Source: Macrostomum lignano
Lineage: Eukaryota
DNA length: 64,000 bases
Direction: 5' to 3'
Assembly (NCBI GenBank): GCA_002269645.1
Contig: NIVC01001396.1
Location: 1-64,000 of the forward strand
Part shown: positions 35,633 through 50,057 of the stretch, piece after piece
Numbering within the stretch: position 1 is the first letter of the stretch
Layout of the letters: each line of letters opens with the position of its first letter
Notes under the pieces: model-generated
What the model was told of the DNA's origin: nothing
The model's database searches: none
Seen by the model: only the letters and a program-made list of their open reading frames with translations
Translations under genes and position numbers: made by a program

Positions 35633-37935
35633 GAGTGTGAGATTCCATCCCAGAGTGTGATATTCCATCCCAGAGTGTGAGATTCCATCCCAGAGTGTGA
35701 GATTCCATCCCAGAGTGTGAGATTCCATCCCAGAGTGTGATATTCCATCCCAGAGTGTGATATTCCATCCCAGAGTGTGAGATTCCATCCCAGAGTGTGA
35801 GATTCCATCCCAGAGTGTGAGATTCCATCCCAGAGTGTTAAATTCCTCCCCAGAGTGTGATATTCCATCCCAGAGTGTGATATTCCATCCCAGAGTGTGA
35901 GATTCCATCCCAGAGTGTGAGATTCCATCCCAGAGTGTGAGATTCCATCCCAGAGTGTGAGATTCCATCCCAGAGTGTGAGATTCCATCCCAGAGTGTGA
36001 GATTCCATCCCAGAGTGTGAGATTCCATCCCAGAGTGTGATATTCCATCCTAGAGTGAAAGATTCTATTCCAGAGTGAAAGATTCCATTTCAGAGTGTGA
36101 GATTCCATCTCTGCAGAGTGTGAGATCCCATCATAGAGTGCGATTCCATCCCAGAGTGTAAGATTCCATCCCAGAGTGTAAGATTCCATCCCAGAGTGTG
36201 AGATTCCATCCCAGAGTGTGAGATTCCATCCCAGAGTGTGAGATTCCATCCCAGAGTGTTCCATCCCAGAGTGTGAGATTCCATCCCAGAGTGTGAGATT
36301 CCATCCCAGAGTGTGAGATTCCATCCCAGAGTGTGAGATTCCATCCCAGAGTGTGAGATTCCATCCCAGAGTGTGAGATTCCATCCCAGAGTGTGATATT
36401 CCATCCCAGACTGTGAGATTCCATCCCAGAGTGAAAGATTCCATCCCAGAGTGTGAAATTCCGTCCCAGAGTGTGAGATTCCATCCCAGAGTGTGATATT
36501 CCATCCCAGAGTGTGAGATTCCATTTCAGAGTGTGAGATCCCATCTCAGAGTGTGAGATTCCATCCTAGAGGGTGAGATTCCATCTCATAATGTGAGATC
36601 CCATCCCAGAGTGTGAGATCCCATCCCAGAGTGTGAGATTCCATCCCAGAGTGTGAGATCCCATCCCAGAGTGTGAGATTTCATTTTAGAGTGTGAGATT
36701 TCATTTTAGAGTGTGAGATTTCATTTTAGAGTGTGAGATCCCATCCTTGAGTGTGAGATTCCATCTCATAATGGGAGATCTTATCCCAGAGTGTGAGATT
36801 CCATCCCAGAGTGTGAGATCCTATCCCACAGTGTGAGATTCCATCCCAGAGTGTGAGATCCCATCCTAGAGTGTGAGAATTCATCTCATAATGTGAGATC
36901 CCATCCCAGAGTGTGAGAATTCATCTCATAATGTGAGATCCCATCCCAGAGTGTGAGAATTCATCTCGTAATGTGAGATCCTATCCCAGAGTGTGAGATT
37001 CCATCCCAGAGTGTGATATTCCATCCCAGAGTGTGATATTCCATCTCAGAGTGTGATATTCCATCCCAGAGTGTGAGATTCCATCCCAGAGTGTGAGATT
37101 CCATCCTTGAGTGTGAGATTCCATCCCAGAGTGTGAGATTCCATCCCAGAGTGTGATATTCCATCCCAGAGTGAAAGATTCCATCCCAGAGTGTGAGATT
37201 CCTCCCCAGAGTGTGAGATTCCTCCCCAGAGTGTGAGATTCCATCCCAGAGTGTGAGATTCCATCCCAGAGTGTGATATTCCATCCCAGAGTGTGATATT
37301 CCATTCCAGAGTGTGATATTCCATCCCAGAGTGTGATATTCCATTTCAGAGTGTGATATTCCATCCCAGAGTGTGAGATTCCATCCCAGAGTGTGAGATT
37401 CCATCCCAGAGTGTGAGATTCCATCCCAGAGTGTGAGATTCCATCCCAGAGTGTGAAGTTCCATCCCAGAGTGTGAAGTTCCATCCCAGAGTGTGAGATT
37501 CCATCCCAGAGTGGAAGATTCCATCCCAGAGTGTGATATTCCATTCCAGAGTGTGATATTCCATCCCAGAGTGTGAGATTCCATTTCAGAGTGTGAGATT
37601 CCATCCCAGAGTGGAAGATTCCATCACAGAGTGAAAAATTCCATTTCAGAGTGTGAGATTCCATCCCAGAGTGTGAGATTCCATCCCAGAGTGTGATATT
37701 CCATCCCAGAGTGTGATTCCATCCCAGAGTGTGAGATTTTATCCCAGAGTGTGAGATTCCATCCCAGAGTGTTAGATTCCATCCCAGAATGTGAGATCGC
37801 TTCCCAATGAGTGAGATCCCATCGCAGAGGGTGATATTCAATTGCAGAGGGCGAGATCACATCCCAGAGGGTGAGATCCCATCCTAGAGGGTGAGATCCC
37901 ATCCCAGAGTGTGAGATCCCATCCCAGAGGGTGAG
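35633..37935. repeat. 20-bp satellite (GAGTGTGAGATTCCATCCCA)n, right part
   Basis: About 115 units, same unit and orientation as 22604-24048; degenerates to GAGGGTGAGATCCCATCCCA at the right end. Confidence 0.97.
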
Positions 37936-38474
37936 GTGTTATTGTTGTCGTGTATTTATGCCGCTAATCATATTGCTGTTTTTATGACTAGAATAAAAAT
38001 TAATGAAATAAAACAAAGCACAATAATTTTCGTTTATTTGAGCTACAAATGATGCGAAAATATGCAGCCGTTGTTTATTACAAAATTCCATCCAAATAAA
38101 ATCTCGCTTATGTCGCTAATTTACGGTCTTTAATACAACAATTTATCGAACTTAAATTCATTCAATAGAATTTAAGCAGCCAGAATTCAGAATTTTCTAC
38201 AGCTTGGAGAATAATCAGCAGCATAATTCTAAAATTAGCGCTGAAAATTTGGTGGATAATTTAAAACCAAAGCATGAGATGACTTGCATTTCGGAATACT
38301 TTAATGGCCTCGGCGAATAAAATTGCAAAGGTGAAAAAACGTGGATTACAAAATTCGACTTTAATTTTCAGTTTTAAGTCAATAAATGTAGCACTCATTT
38401 TGTTATAAATTACTGAGCACAGAGAGTTAGTTATAAATATATTAGGATAAAATTTTCTGTTCATCTAGTAAGCG

Positions 38475-39000
38475 CACAGAGTGACACATCATAGAGTGAC
38501 ACATCATAGAGTGACACATCACGGAGTGGCACATCACAGGGTGACACATCACAAGGTGACACATCACGGAGTGACACATCACGGAGTGACACATCACGGA
38601 GTGACACATCACGGAGTGACACATCACGGAGTGACACATCACGGAGTGACACATCACGGAGTGACACATCACGGAGTGACACATCACAGAGTGATACATT
38701 ACAGAGTGACACATTAAAGAGTGACACATCACAGAGTGTTACATCACAGAGTGACACATTAAAGAGTGACACATCATGGAGTGACACATCACAGAGTGTT
38801 ACATCACAGAGTGACACATCACAGAGTGTTACATCACAGAGTGACACATCACAGAGTGACACATTATAGAGTGACACATCACGGAGTGACACATCACGGA
38901 GTGACACATCACGGAGTGACACATTATAGAGTGACACATCACGGAGTGACACATCACGGAGTTACACATCACAGACTGACACATCACAGACTGACACATC
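38475..39000. repeat. 15-bp satellite (GAGTGACACATCACR)n
   Basis: About 35 units. Confidence 0.95.
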
Positions 39001-39068
39001 AATCAATGAAACATAAATCAAAATCAATTTCTGCAAAAGAAAATTTTACAAATAAAAAATTCTGTTAG

Positions 39069-42000
39069 TTAGTCCGATTCAGCTCGAGGACCCCAGCGCA
39101 TCTTCTCTGGCGACAATTTTCTTTTCCTGCCGGCGACAATTCTAACACGCCTGGGCGACCGGAAGTTGACCGGGATGGACACCGGGTGCAGCACCTCACC
39201 TGATGGATCACCACGTTCGTCAGCTTCGTTCTCGGAGACGCCGGAAAATTCTCTACCGAGAAGCTCCTTGCCTAGCGCTCTTCTGGGCAACACCATGGGC
39301 AGGTAGTGCGTACCCGACGGGTGCAGAACGAATCCAGGCAGTTGAAGCTCGTCCTCGGCGTCGTCTGGATGATCTTCGCTGCCGGCGCTGTCACTCTCGC
39401 CTGGTTGAGCCTGCTGAGAGGAGTGAAAAATCACAGAGTGAAAAATCACAGTGTGAAAAATCGCAGAGTGAAAAATCACAGAGTGAAAAAACACTGGGTG
39501 AAAAATCACAGAGTGAAAAATCACAGAGTGAAAAATCACAGAGTGAAAAATCACAGAGTGAAAAATCACAGAGTGAAAAATCACAGATTGAAAAATCACA
39601 GAGTGATAAATCACAGATTGAAAAATCACAGATTGAAAAATCACAGAGTGATAAATCACAGAGTGAAAAATCACAGATTGAAAAATCACAGAGTGAAAAA
39701 TCAGAACGACAATACAGAGGGTAAAAATCACTGGGTGAAAAATCGCAGAGTGAAAAATCACTGGGTGAAAAATCGCAGAGTGAAAACTCACTGGGTGAAA
39801 AATCGCAGAGTGAAAAATCACAGAGTGAAAAATCACAGAGTGAAAAATGACAGAGTGAAAAATCAGAGTGAAAAATCGCAGAGTGAAAAATCACTGGGTG
39901 AAAAATCGCAGAGTGAAAAATCACTGGGTGAAAAATCACAGAGTGAAAAATCGCAGTGAAAAATCACAGAGTGAAAAATCGCAGAGTGAAAAATCTCAGA
40001 TTGAAAAATCACAGAGTGAAAAATCACAGAGTGAAAAATCTCAGATTGAAAAATCACAGAGTGAAAAATCACAGTGTGAAAAATCACAGAGTGAAAAATC
40101 ACAGATTGAAAAATCACAGAGTGAAAACTCACTGGGTGAAAAATCGCAGAGTGAAAAATCACAGAGTGAAAAATCACTGGGTGAAAAATCGCAGAGTGAA
40201 AAATCACTGGGTGAAAATTCGCAGAGTGAAAACTCACTGGGTGAAAATTCGCAGAGTGAAAACTCACTGGGTGAAAATTCGCAGAGTGAAAAATCACAGA
40301 GTGAAAAATCACAGAGTGAAAAATCACAGAGTGAAAAATCACAGAGTGAAAAATCACAGAGTGAAAAATCACAGAGTGAAAAATCACAGAGTGAAAAATC
40401 ACAGATTGAAAAATCACAGAGTGATAAATCACAGAGTGAAAAATCACAGATTGAAAAATCACAGTGATAAATCACAGAGTGAAAAATCACAGAGTGAAAA
40501 ATCACAGAGTGAAAAATCACAGAGTGAAAAATCACAGATTGAAAAATCACAGAGTGAAAAATTGCAGAATAAAAAATCACAGAGTGAAAAATCACAGAGT
40601 TATAAATCACAGAGTGAAAAATCACAGAGTGAAAAATCACAGAGTGAAAAATCACAGAGTGAAAAATCACAGAGTGAAAAATCACAGAGTGAAAAATCAC
40701 AGAGTGAAAAATCACAGAGTGAAAAATCGCAGAGTAAAAAATCACAGAGTGAAAAATCACAGAGTGATAAATCACAGAGTGAAAAATCACAGAGTGAAAA
40801 ATCACAGAGTGAAAAATCACAGAGTGAAAAATCACAGAGTGAAAAATCGCAGAGTAAAAAATCACAGAGTGAAAAATCACAGAGTGAAAAATCACAGAGT
40901 GAAAAATCACAGAGTGAAAAATGACAGAGTGAAAAATCAGAGTGAAAAATCGCAGAGTGAAAAATCACTGGGTGAAAAATCGCAGAGTGAAAAATCACTG
41001 GGTGAAAAATCACAGAGTGAAAAATCGCAGTGAAAAATCACAGAGTGAAAAATCGCAGAGTGAAAAATCTCAGATTGAAAAATCACAGATTGAAAAATCA
41101 CAGAGTGAAAAATCACAGAGTGAAAAATCACAGATTGAAAAATCACAGAGTGAAAAATCGCAGAGTGAAAAATCACAGATTGAAAAATCACAGAGTGAAA
41201 AATCACAGAGTGAAAAATCTCAGATTGAAAAATCACAGAGTGAAAAATCACAGTGTGAAAAATCACAGAGTGAAAAATCACAGATTGAAAAATCACAGAG
41301 TGAAAACTCACTGGGTGAAAAATCGCAGAGTGAAAAATCACAGAGTGAAAAATCACTGGGTGAAAAATCGCAGAGTGAAAACTCACTGGGTGAAAATTCG
41401 CAGAGTGAAAACTCACTGGGTGAAAATTCGCAGAGTGAAAACTCACTGGGTGAAAATTCGCAGAGTGAAAAATCACAGAGTGAAAAATCACAGAGTGAAA
41501 AATCAAAGAGTGAAAAATCACTGGGTGAAAAATCGCAGAGTGAAAAATCACAGAGTGAAAAATCACAGAGTGAAAAATCACAGAGTGAAAAATTGCAGAA
41601 TAAAAAATCACAGAGTGAAAAATCACAGAGTTATAAATCACAGAGTGAAAAATCACAGAGTGAAAAATCACAGAGTGAAAAATCACAGAGTGAAAAATCA
41701 CAGAGTGAAAAATCGCAGAGTAAAAAATCACAGAGTGAAAAATCACAGAGTGATAAATCACAGAGTGAAAAATCACAGAGTGAAAAATCACAGAGTGAAA
41801 AATCACAGAGTGAAAAATCACAGAGTGAAAAATCACAGATTGAAAAATCACAGAGTGATAAATCACAGAGTGAAAAATCACAGATTGAAAAATCACAGTG
41901 ATAAATCACAGAGTGAAAAATCACAGAGTGAAAAATCACAGAGTGAAAAATCACAGAGTGAAAAATCACAGATTGAAAAATCACAGAGTGAAAAATTGCA

Positions 42001-45000
42001 GAATAAAAAATCACAGAGTGAAAAATCACAGAGTTATAAATCACAGAGTGAAAAATCACAGAGTGAAAAATCACAGAGTGAAAAATCACAGAGTGAAAAA
42101 TCACAGAGTGAAAAATCGCAGAGTAAAAAATCACAGAGTGAAAAATCACAGAGTGATAAATCACAGAGTGAAAAATCACAGAGTGAAAAATCACAGAGTG
42201 AAAAATCACAGAGTGAAAAATCACAGAGTGAAAAATCACAGAGTGAAAAATCACAGAGTGAAAAATCACAGAGTGAAAAATCACAGATTGAAAAATCACA
42301 GAGTGAAAAATCACAGAGTGAAAAATCACAGAGTGAAAAATCACAGAGTGAAAAATCACAGAGTGAAAAATCACAGAGTGAAAAATCACAGATTGAAAAA
42401 TCACAGAGTGATAAATCACAGAGTGAAAAATCACAGAGTGAAAAATCACAGAGTGAAAAATCACAGAGTGATAAATCACAGAGTGAAAAATCACAGAGTG
42501 ATAAATCACAGAGTGAAAAATCACAGATTGAAAAATCACAGAGTGAAAAATCACAGATTGAAAAATCACAGAGTGAAAAATCACAGAGTGAAAAATCACA
42601 GAGTGAAAAATCACAGAGTGACACTCACTTCCGGTCCGGATGTAATCCTGGATGAGCTCAGAGGCTGAGATGAAGAAGGCGGTGCCTGAGGCGGCGGCAG
42701 TGGCAACTCAGACGGTGGCAAGCCTTTGCGCGCATCGAGCAACGCTGAGATCTCCGAGTCGTCGTCTGCCAATGAAAATAGACACATTCTATGGTACGTA
42801 GTGCGCGCAAAATGAAAACTGCGCGTATCAAAGAAAAGACACGCGCGCATCTGTGCGCAAAAGAAAACAACAAGATGAGCAGATTTCTTGCTTTAAGTAC
42901 AGCAGTTAAACTGTACACTTACCTGAAAATTTAGAGTTATATCGCTGCAACGCGCCCTGCAGGTGCGCATAGAGGTGGGCACACAGGGAATCAGCTGTGC
43001 CAGCCGACATCTGCGCTGACTCAGACTCTGACAGGAAGCTCAGGGTAGCTCGAGTCGCGTCCAGGAAGCCTTGTTGAAAATTCTCTGCGCACAAGGCAGG
43101 AATCTGATGCCCGCCTGACTCTGCGGTGCGTGCGGATGAGGAACTGACTGTAGCATGAGAATTTCACTAACTGGGAGGCTGGCCCAGCTACTGACACTCT
43201 GGGAGACCGGCCCAGCAACTGAGGATCTAGGAGGCTGGCCCAGCAACTGAGGATCTGGGAGGCTGGCCCAGCAACTGAGGATCTGGGAGGCTGGCCCAGC
43301 AACTGAAAATCTGGGAGGCTTGTGGCCCAGCAACTGAGGATTTGGGAGGCTTGTGGCCCAGCAACTGAGGATCTGGGAGGCTGGTGGCACAGCAACTGAG
43401 GATCTGGAAGGCTGGCCCAGCAACTGAGGATTTGGGAGGCTTGTGGCCCAGCAACTGAGGATCTGGGAGGCTGGTGGCACAGCAACTGAGGATCTGGAAG
43501 GCTGGCCCAGCAACTGAGGATCTGGGAGGCTGGCCCAGCAACTGAGGATCTGGGAGGCTGGCCCAGCAACTGAGCATTTGGGAGGCTGGCCCAGCAACTG
43601 AGGATCTGGGAAGCTGGATCAGAAACTGAGGATCTGGGAGGCTGGCCCAGCAACTGAGGATCTGGGAGGCTGGCCCAGCAACTGAGGATCTGGGAGGCTG
43701 GCCGAGCAACTGAGGATCTGGGAGGCTGGCCCAGCTACTGAGGATCTGGGAGGCTGACCCAGCAACTGAAAATCTGGGAGGCTTGTGGCCCAGCAACTGA
43801 AAATCTGGGAGGCTTGTGGCCCAGCAACTGAGGATCTGGGAGGCTTGTGGCCCAGCAACTGAGAATCTGGGAGGCTGGTGGCACAGCAACTGAGGATCTG
43901 GAAGGCTGGCCCAGCAACTGAGGATCTGGAAGACTGGCCCAGCAACTGAGGATCTAGGAGGCTGGCCCAGCAACTGAGGATCTGGGAGGCTGGCCCAGCA
44001 ACTGAGGATCTGGGAGGCTGGCCCAGCTACTGAGGATCTGGGAGGCTGGCCCAGCAACTGAGGATCTGGGAGGCTGGCCCAGCAACTGAGGATCTGGGAG
44101 GCTTGTGGCCCAGCAACTGAGAATCTGGGAGGCTGGTGGCACAGCAACTGAGGATCTGGAAGGCTGGCCCAGCAACTGAGGATCTGGAAGACTGGCCCAG
44201 CAACTGAGGATCTAGGAGGCTGGCCCAGCAACTGAGGATCTGGGAGGCTGGCCCAGCAACTGAGGATCTGGGAGGCTGGCCCAGCAACTGAGGATCTGGG
44301 AGGCTGGCCCAGCAACTGAGGATCTGGGAACGAGTTCGGGTTAATCTGGGGTATGTGAGGTACCAAGTAACCAAGCTCAAATCCAACCAAAGTCAAGGTC
44401 CGCAGCACTCACCAGTCTTGTACTGACCCACCAGTGACGTCAGTACAGCGATGTGCTGAATGGCCATCTCAATAATCTCAGCCTTCTCGATTCGGCCTTG
44501 GCTCTGAATTTTTTTAAGTTGGTGAAAATTTTTTGCTTCGTAAATAAGTACTCGATGAACTAAACGCTGTCTAGAGCAGTTGGAATGATTACAAGGAAAA
44601 CACTGTTGTTGGTAAACAGCTCTGACTCAAGCAAACTCTCGCACACAAACAGCCATATGAAGAGTTAGAAAGCAGGCATTGTCTCATGAGCATTCTCAGC
44701 TCACTTGTTTTGCTCTCGCACTGGCACAAGGCAGCACAGCTCTGCAAGGGCGTTATTAACTCGATCTCTGCGCCTCTTCTCAATGATTCTGTGAGACTCC
44801 GGGTCCTGCGGTCGGGATTGAGGGCGAACGAGGTGTGAAAATTATGTTACAATATGTGGGGAGATGCAAGATGTCAAGATGTCAAGATGCATGACATCTT
44901 GCATGACATCTTGCATGACATCTTGACTATATACTCATCTTTCCTAATCCTTAGTAGCCGTACAGTTACATACCCGGCCGCTGCCGCCGCTTCCAGAAGC

Positions 45001-45162
45001 GATGCGTCGTCCAGATTCTGCGTCTGATGCAGCTGCTGCAGCCCCGCCTGCTATCAAGAGCGGCACAGCGGATGAGGCCTCTGCCGCTGCTGCTGAGCTT
45101 GATGAAGCTGCTGAGTTCGCAGCTGCTGCCTCTGGCTGACCTCTGCTGCGGGAGGCCGGGAT
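39069..45162 (-). CDS. cwo: clockwork orange-like / DEC-like bHLH-Orange transcriptional repressor, 5'-incomplete. Exons 44974-45162, 44705-44805, 44413-44503, 42923-43147, 42629-42765, 39069-39413
   Basis: The b[31 protein letters not shown]...[17 protein letters not shown] closely matches the cwo signature ([14 protein letters not shown]...GRIEKTEIIEMAI). An Orange-like segment [16 protein letters not shown]...LCAHLYAHL follows. Junctions are GT-AG and phase-consistent except 44705/44503, which is off by one base. Confidence 0.82.
39421..42622. repeat. 15-bp satellite (GAGTGAAAAATCACA)n filling the last cwo intron, with higher-order duplication
   Basis: About 210 units; a rare-variant landmark (AATGACAGAGTGAAAAATCAGAGTG) recurs at 39849 and 40923. 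Confidence 0.97.
43171..44329. repeat. 24-27-bp minisatellite (GAGGATCTGGGAGGCT[TGT]GGCCCAGCAACT) in a cwo intron
   Basis: About 45 units filling most of intron 43148-44412. Confidence 0.95.
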
Positions 45163-46045
<883 letters not shown>

Positions 46046-46740
46046 CGAGCATCTGACTTACCCATAAAGAAGTTGCAACATTCGCTCCATAGCTGATTCT
46101 ATCGAAATTTTGTCGCACAAAGTGTTAACAACTCTGCTGTGATAGAAAACCAAGGTTATTGCAATTTCTTACTGCACAACACTAGAGCAGTATCACTAGC
46201 AGAATTCGCATTGGGCGAAACGAATTGGGCGAAATAGACGCTACGCTGAAAAACCTACAGTTGTTCTTAGCTGTCTACAAATCTACCTTAACCTTATGCC
46301 TGCAGACTTGAAAGTCTCGAGTTTTAAGACCCAGTAGCGCGCGGACGAGGTGGTTTAAGCTCCTCTCACGTGTCCACCTCGCGTGTTTTGAGTAGCAACT
46401 CTGTCGTGGCCCTTTATATCTATTCTCTTAGGCTATTTTTCATACAGAAATGGACGCTCTATGCATGAGGACAATGAGCATACTTCAACCCTGCGAGGCG
46501 AAGATGCGGCACAATTTCCATTTTAAGGCATACACCGTTTTGAGTCTGGCAGTGGTAGGGCTTTTATTACAGCTGAAACTTTAATAATCAGCTAAAAATA
46601 AAACAGCATTTCTGTAGCCATGGGCTACAGCATATATGTACTCCTTGAGATTATCAATCCTAGAATGATATGGTCCGCGCAGTTTACAGTATGGGGTTAG
46701 TGATGAAAAGTACCCAAACGCACTTCAGAGATATATAGAG

Positions 46741-47190
46741 ACGCTGAACTCTATCAGTCATTCAAGCTGCCCTCTATCATTCATTCAAGCTGCCCTCTAT
46801 CAGTCATTCAAGCTGCCCTCTATCAGTCATTCACGCTGAACTCTATCAGTCATTCACGCTGAACTCTATCAGTCATTCACGCTGAACTCTATCAGTCATT
46901 CAAGCTGCCCTCTATCAGTCATTCACCGCTGAACTCTATCAGTCATTCACCGCTGAACTCTATCAGTCATCCACGTTGACCTCTATTTGTCATTCACGCT
47001 GAACTCTATCAGTCATTCACGTTGGCCTCTATCAGTCCTTTCATTCACGTTGGCCTCTATCAGTCATTCACGCTGAACTCTATCAGTCATTCGCGCTGAA
47101 CTCTATCAGTCATTCGCGTTGGCCTCTATTTGTCATTCACGTTGAACTCTATCAACTTTCACGTTGGCCTCTATCAGTCCTTTCATTCAC
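46741..47190. repeat. ~23-bp tandem repeat (TCATTCACGCTGAACTCTATCAG)
   Basis: About 19 units with CTGCCC/TTGGCC variants. Confidence 0.9.
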
Positions 47191-49479
47191 GCTGCCCTGC
47201 ATCAGCATTCACTCCTATGTCAGCTGTACATGTCATAGGAACGCACATAACGCACAATATTAATACATTTAGCGGTCATTCACGGCCCCTGCATGATTTC
47301 AACGGTCATATACATGTACTCGTAGCTCGTACACTTCTCTAACCACCACTTAGACCCATTCTCATTTATAATCCTAATTACTGTGTACGAAAATAGTCAG
47401 CCCGTAATAAACTGCTTATAAAATTGCAAGTAATTTACCCTCCTACGCTCGTATTATTTATTAGACTGAAGAGCATGGTAGCATATGCTTGAGAATACAT
47501 GCTACCCATGCATAGACCACGCTAAAAGGCTTGGTGCACTTCATAGCAGTGTGTAACGAGCCGTAGCTTATAATGCAGTTTATTTAAGCGCAGTTGGCCC
47601 GCACACTCCTGTCAAAAGCTCAACACATGACAGCAGCTAAAACCCTGAGAGGTCACGTGTTTTGCAACTTCAATTTGCGCTCAAAGAGTATACTTACATT
47701 CTACTACATTGTAATGCTTATCCACGGCTGTTGCAAGTCTGAATATACAATTTTAATTTGAAAAGTTTTGCTTAATTAGTTTTACGAGCGTAGAAAAAAA
47801 GTTGCTTCGCATCTACTCACATATGAAATTTAAATTGTTTTTGGTACAGAACAAAGCAAGCAGCGAAGTTAGAATGGTGAAAATTCTGCACTCAATGACC
47901 GCGCGGTTTATGAGGTTGCGGCGGTGCAGCTGCCTGCAGACTCAACAAAAACATCTACCCAGCACGTGGGTATAGCTTCTCTAAAAATTAAGCAACAGTT
48001 ATTGCAAATTTATTTAGTTGCATAAGCGTTTCACCACCCGCGCCGCCCAGCCAATCACACCCACCCCACGCCCCTTATTTCCATTGGCTATCTCAGCCCT
48101 CCTATCCTTTTACATTACCGCCTATCTCCGCAGTGCAAGTGCGGCAGAGTTGCATAAACTCGTACTACTCACATCGCATTAGACTAGCCATCGCATCGCA
48201 TTAGAAGCCGGAATAACTGCTCCAGACTGTGTTACCGTGTTTCTCATTTTTTCATCTCTTATTAGTAATCAATTTTATACTGCCAAATCTATCTGTCTCT
48301 ATAGAGATCCGGCTTTTTATCCAGAGATTCACCCGGTATTTCATCCTGCACTGCTAATCCAGATTTGATCCGGTTTGTTGTCCACGTTTACATCCGCTAA
48401 AACCGGAGAATTTTCTGAAGGTACCCCGGAGCTAGAGCCGGATGAAAGTACTCAAAAATTCACACTTTCATCCGGAATGTTAACTATTCATCCGGCTATC
48501 GTCCAGCATTTTAAATGGGCATTTTATATTGCCGGATGATTGGGCCAGGCGGGATGGCGATTATTTAAGGAATCGAATGGCGATGATTATTTAATGAATT
48601 GAATGGCGATTATTTAAAGAATCAAATGGCGATAATCCACCTATCTAAATAGTAAAGAATCCATTATCCAGAAATTCATATGTTGAATATCGAATAAGCT
48701 AAAGACCAATTGTTGGTTCAAATGGATTCTAAATAAATGAAACCGCATAAACTCGATTAAATTCAAGCACATTTATAAATCAATTATTAGTAAATCGATG
48801 ATATCAAATGAGCATGGTTAATTACTTTATACACTGTGCTATTTACTGTTTGTTTTACAATTAAGATTCGCAACATTACGTCACTCATATATAAGTAGCT
48901 TAGCAAATGCATAACAAAAATTCCCCATGGATGGAACGCGTCAGGCACTGCATTTTAGGAATTGCATATCGAAACACATTGATGTTAAAAGGAGGAAGGT
49001 CTTTGGGTACTTTAACGAGACGTAATAAACTATTTTTTCTTCAGAGTTTAAACGTTAACGTTCTTTCAATACGAGCCCCATCAATCCATCATTTCACGTT
49101 ACATATAACACTTAGCACTACTATAATCAGCGCTATTAGTAGAATAAAAGGACATGTCTATCGAAATTTAAGATAAAAAATCGGCTATTTTTGAAGGTCT
49201 CAGGTGGACGGTTTTAGGGGGAATTAAGGGGAAGACTATTAAATCCCATTAAAAGTTACAACCAAGGACTACAATTTCCTATAATGTAGGTAGAAAAGTT
49301 CAGATACACGACTCCAGTAAGGTGTATTTAACATCAAATGCGCTGCCTCAAATTTACAGTTTAAATTGAAGCTTTTACAAAATTTAACAGGTAAAACTGA
49401 GTGCGTCCAGACATTGGGTTGATCGCATTGTTCAGATAAGATCAGGAAATGGATAGCAACAAGTTTAACTTGACTGTCA

Positions 49480-49980
49480 GACAGACACACAGATAGATTT
49501 ACGGATATACAGACACCTGGTAAACAGACATCTGACAAATACAGACCTAAACAAAAAGACAGATCTACAGACAAACAGACAAACGGACACAGACCTACAG
49601 AGAGCAGACATAGACACACGGACACGGCCATAGACACACGGACACGGCCATAGACACACGGACACAGACCTACAGACACACGGACACGGCCATAGACACA
49701 CGGACACGGCCAGAGACACACGGACACGGGCATAGAAACACGGACACAGCCATAGACACACGGACACGGCCATAGACACACGGACACGGCCAGAGACACA
49801 CGGACACGGCCAGAGACACACGGACACAGACCTACAGACACACGGACACAGGTACCTACAGACACACGGACACAGACCTACAGACACACGGACACAGGTA
49901 CCTACAGACACACGGACACAGGTACCTACAGACATACGGACACAGGTACCTACAGACACACGGACACAGACGTAGAGACA
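49480..49980. repeat. ~20-26-bp tandem repeat (GACACACGGACACGGCCATA and variants)
   Basis: Direct inspection. Confidence 0.9.
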
Positions 49981-50057
49981 CAGCAAAAAGCTAATAAAAA
50001 AAACAGAACGCACAAACTGCTAGCCCAAGACCAATAAATGGATTAAAAATTTCTTTA

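Noticed and set aside
38442-42668. Long ORFs (up to 541 aa) of KNHRV / EKSQS / IFHSV / CDFSL / VTHHG repeats
   Set aside because: Products of stop-free 15-bp satellite frames on both strands, lying largely inside a cwo intron.
43021-44408. 393-aa Pro/Gln/Ser-rich ORF and overlapping ORFs
   Set aside because: Minisatellite translation inside cwo intron 43148-44412.
44501-44506. Alternative GAG acceptor to fix the cwo phase
   Set aside because: GAG acceptors are rare. A missing G at the upstream donor explains both phase and loop length better, though this is unresolved without reads.
46367-47659. Two CACGTG E-boxes upstream of the cwo-like gene (46367, 47654)
   Set aside because: Attractive for clock regulation, but two hexamers in ~1.3 kb is weak and the transcription start is unknown.
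49269-50013. ORFs as possible further SFSWAP exons
   Set aside because: Derived from a tandem repeat; the candidate acceptor at ~49465 gives an immediate in-frame stop and no RS content.
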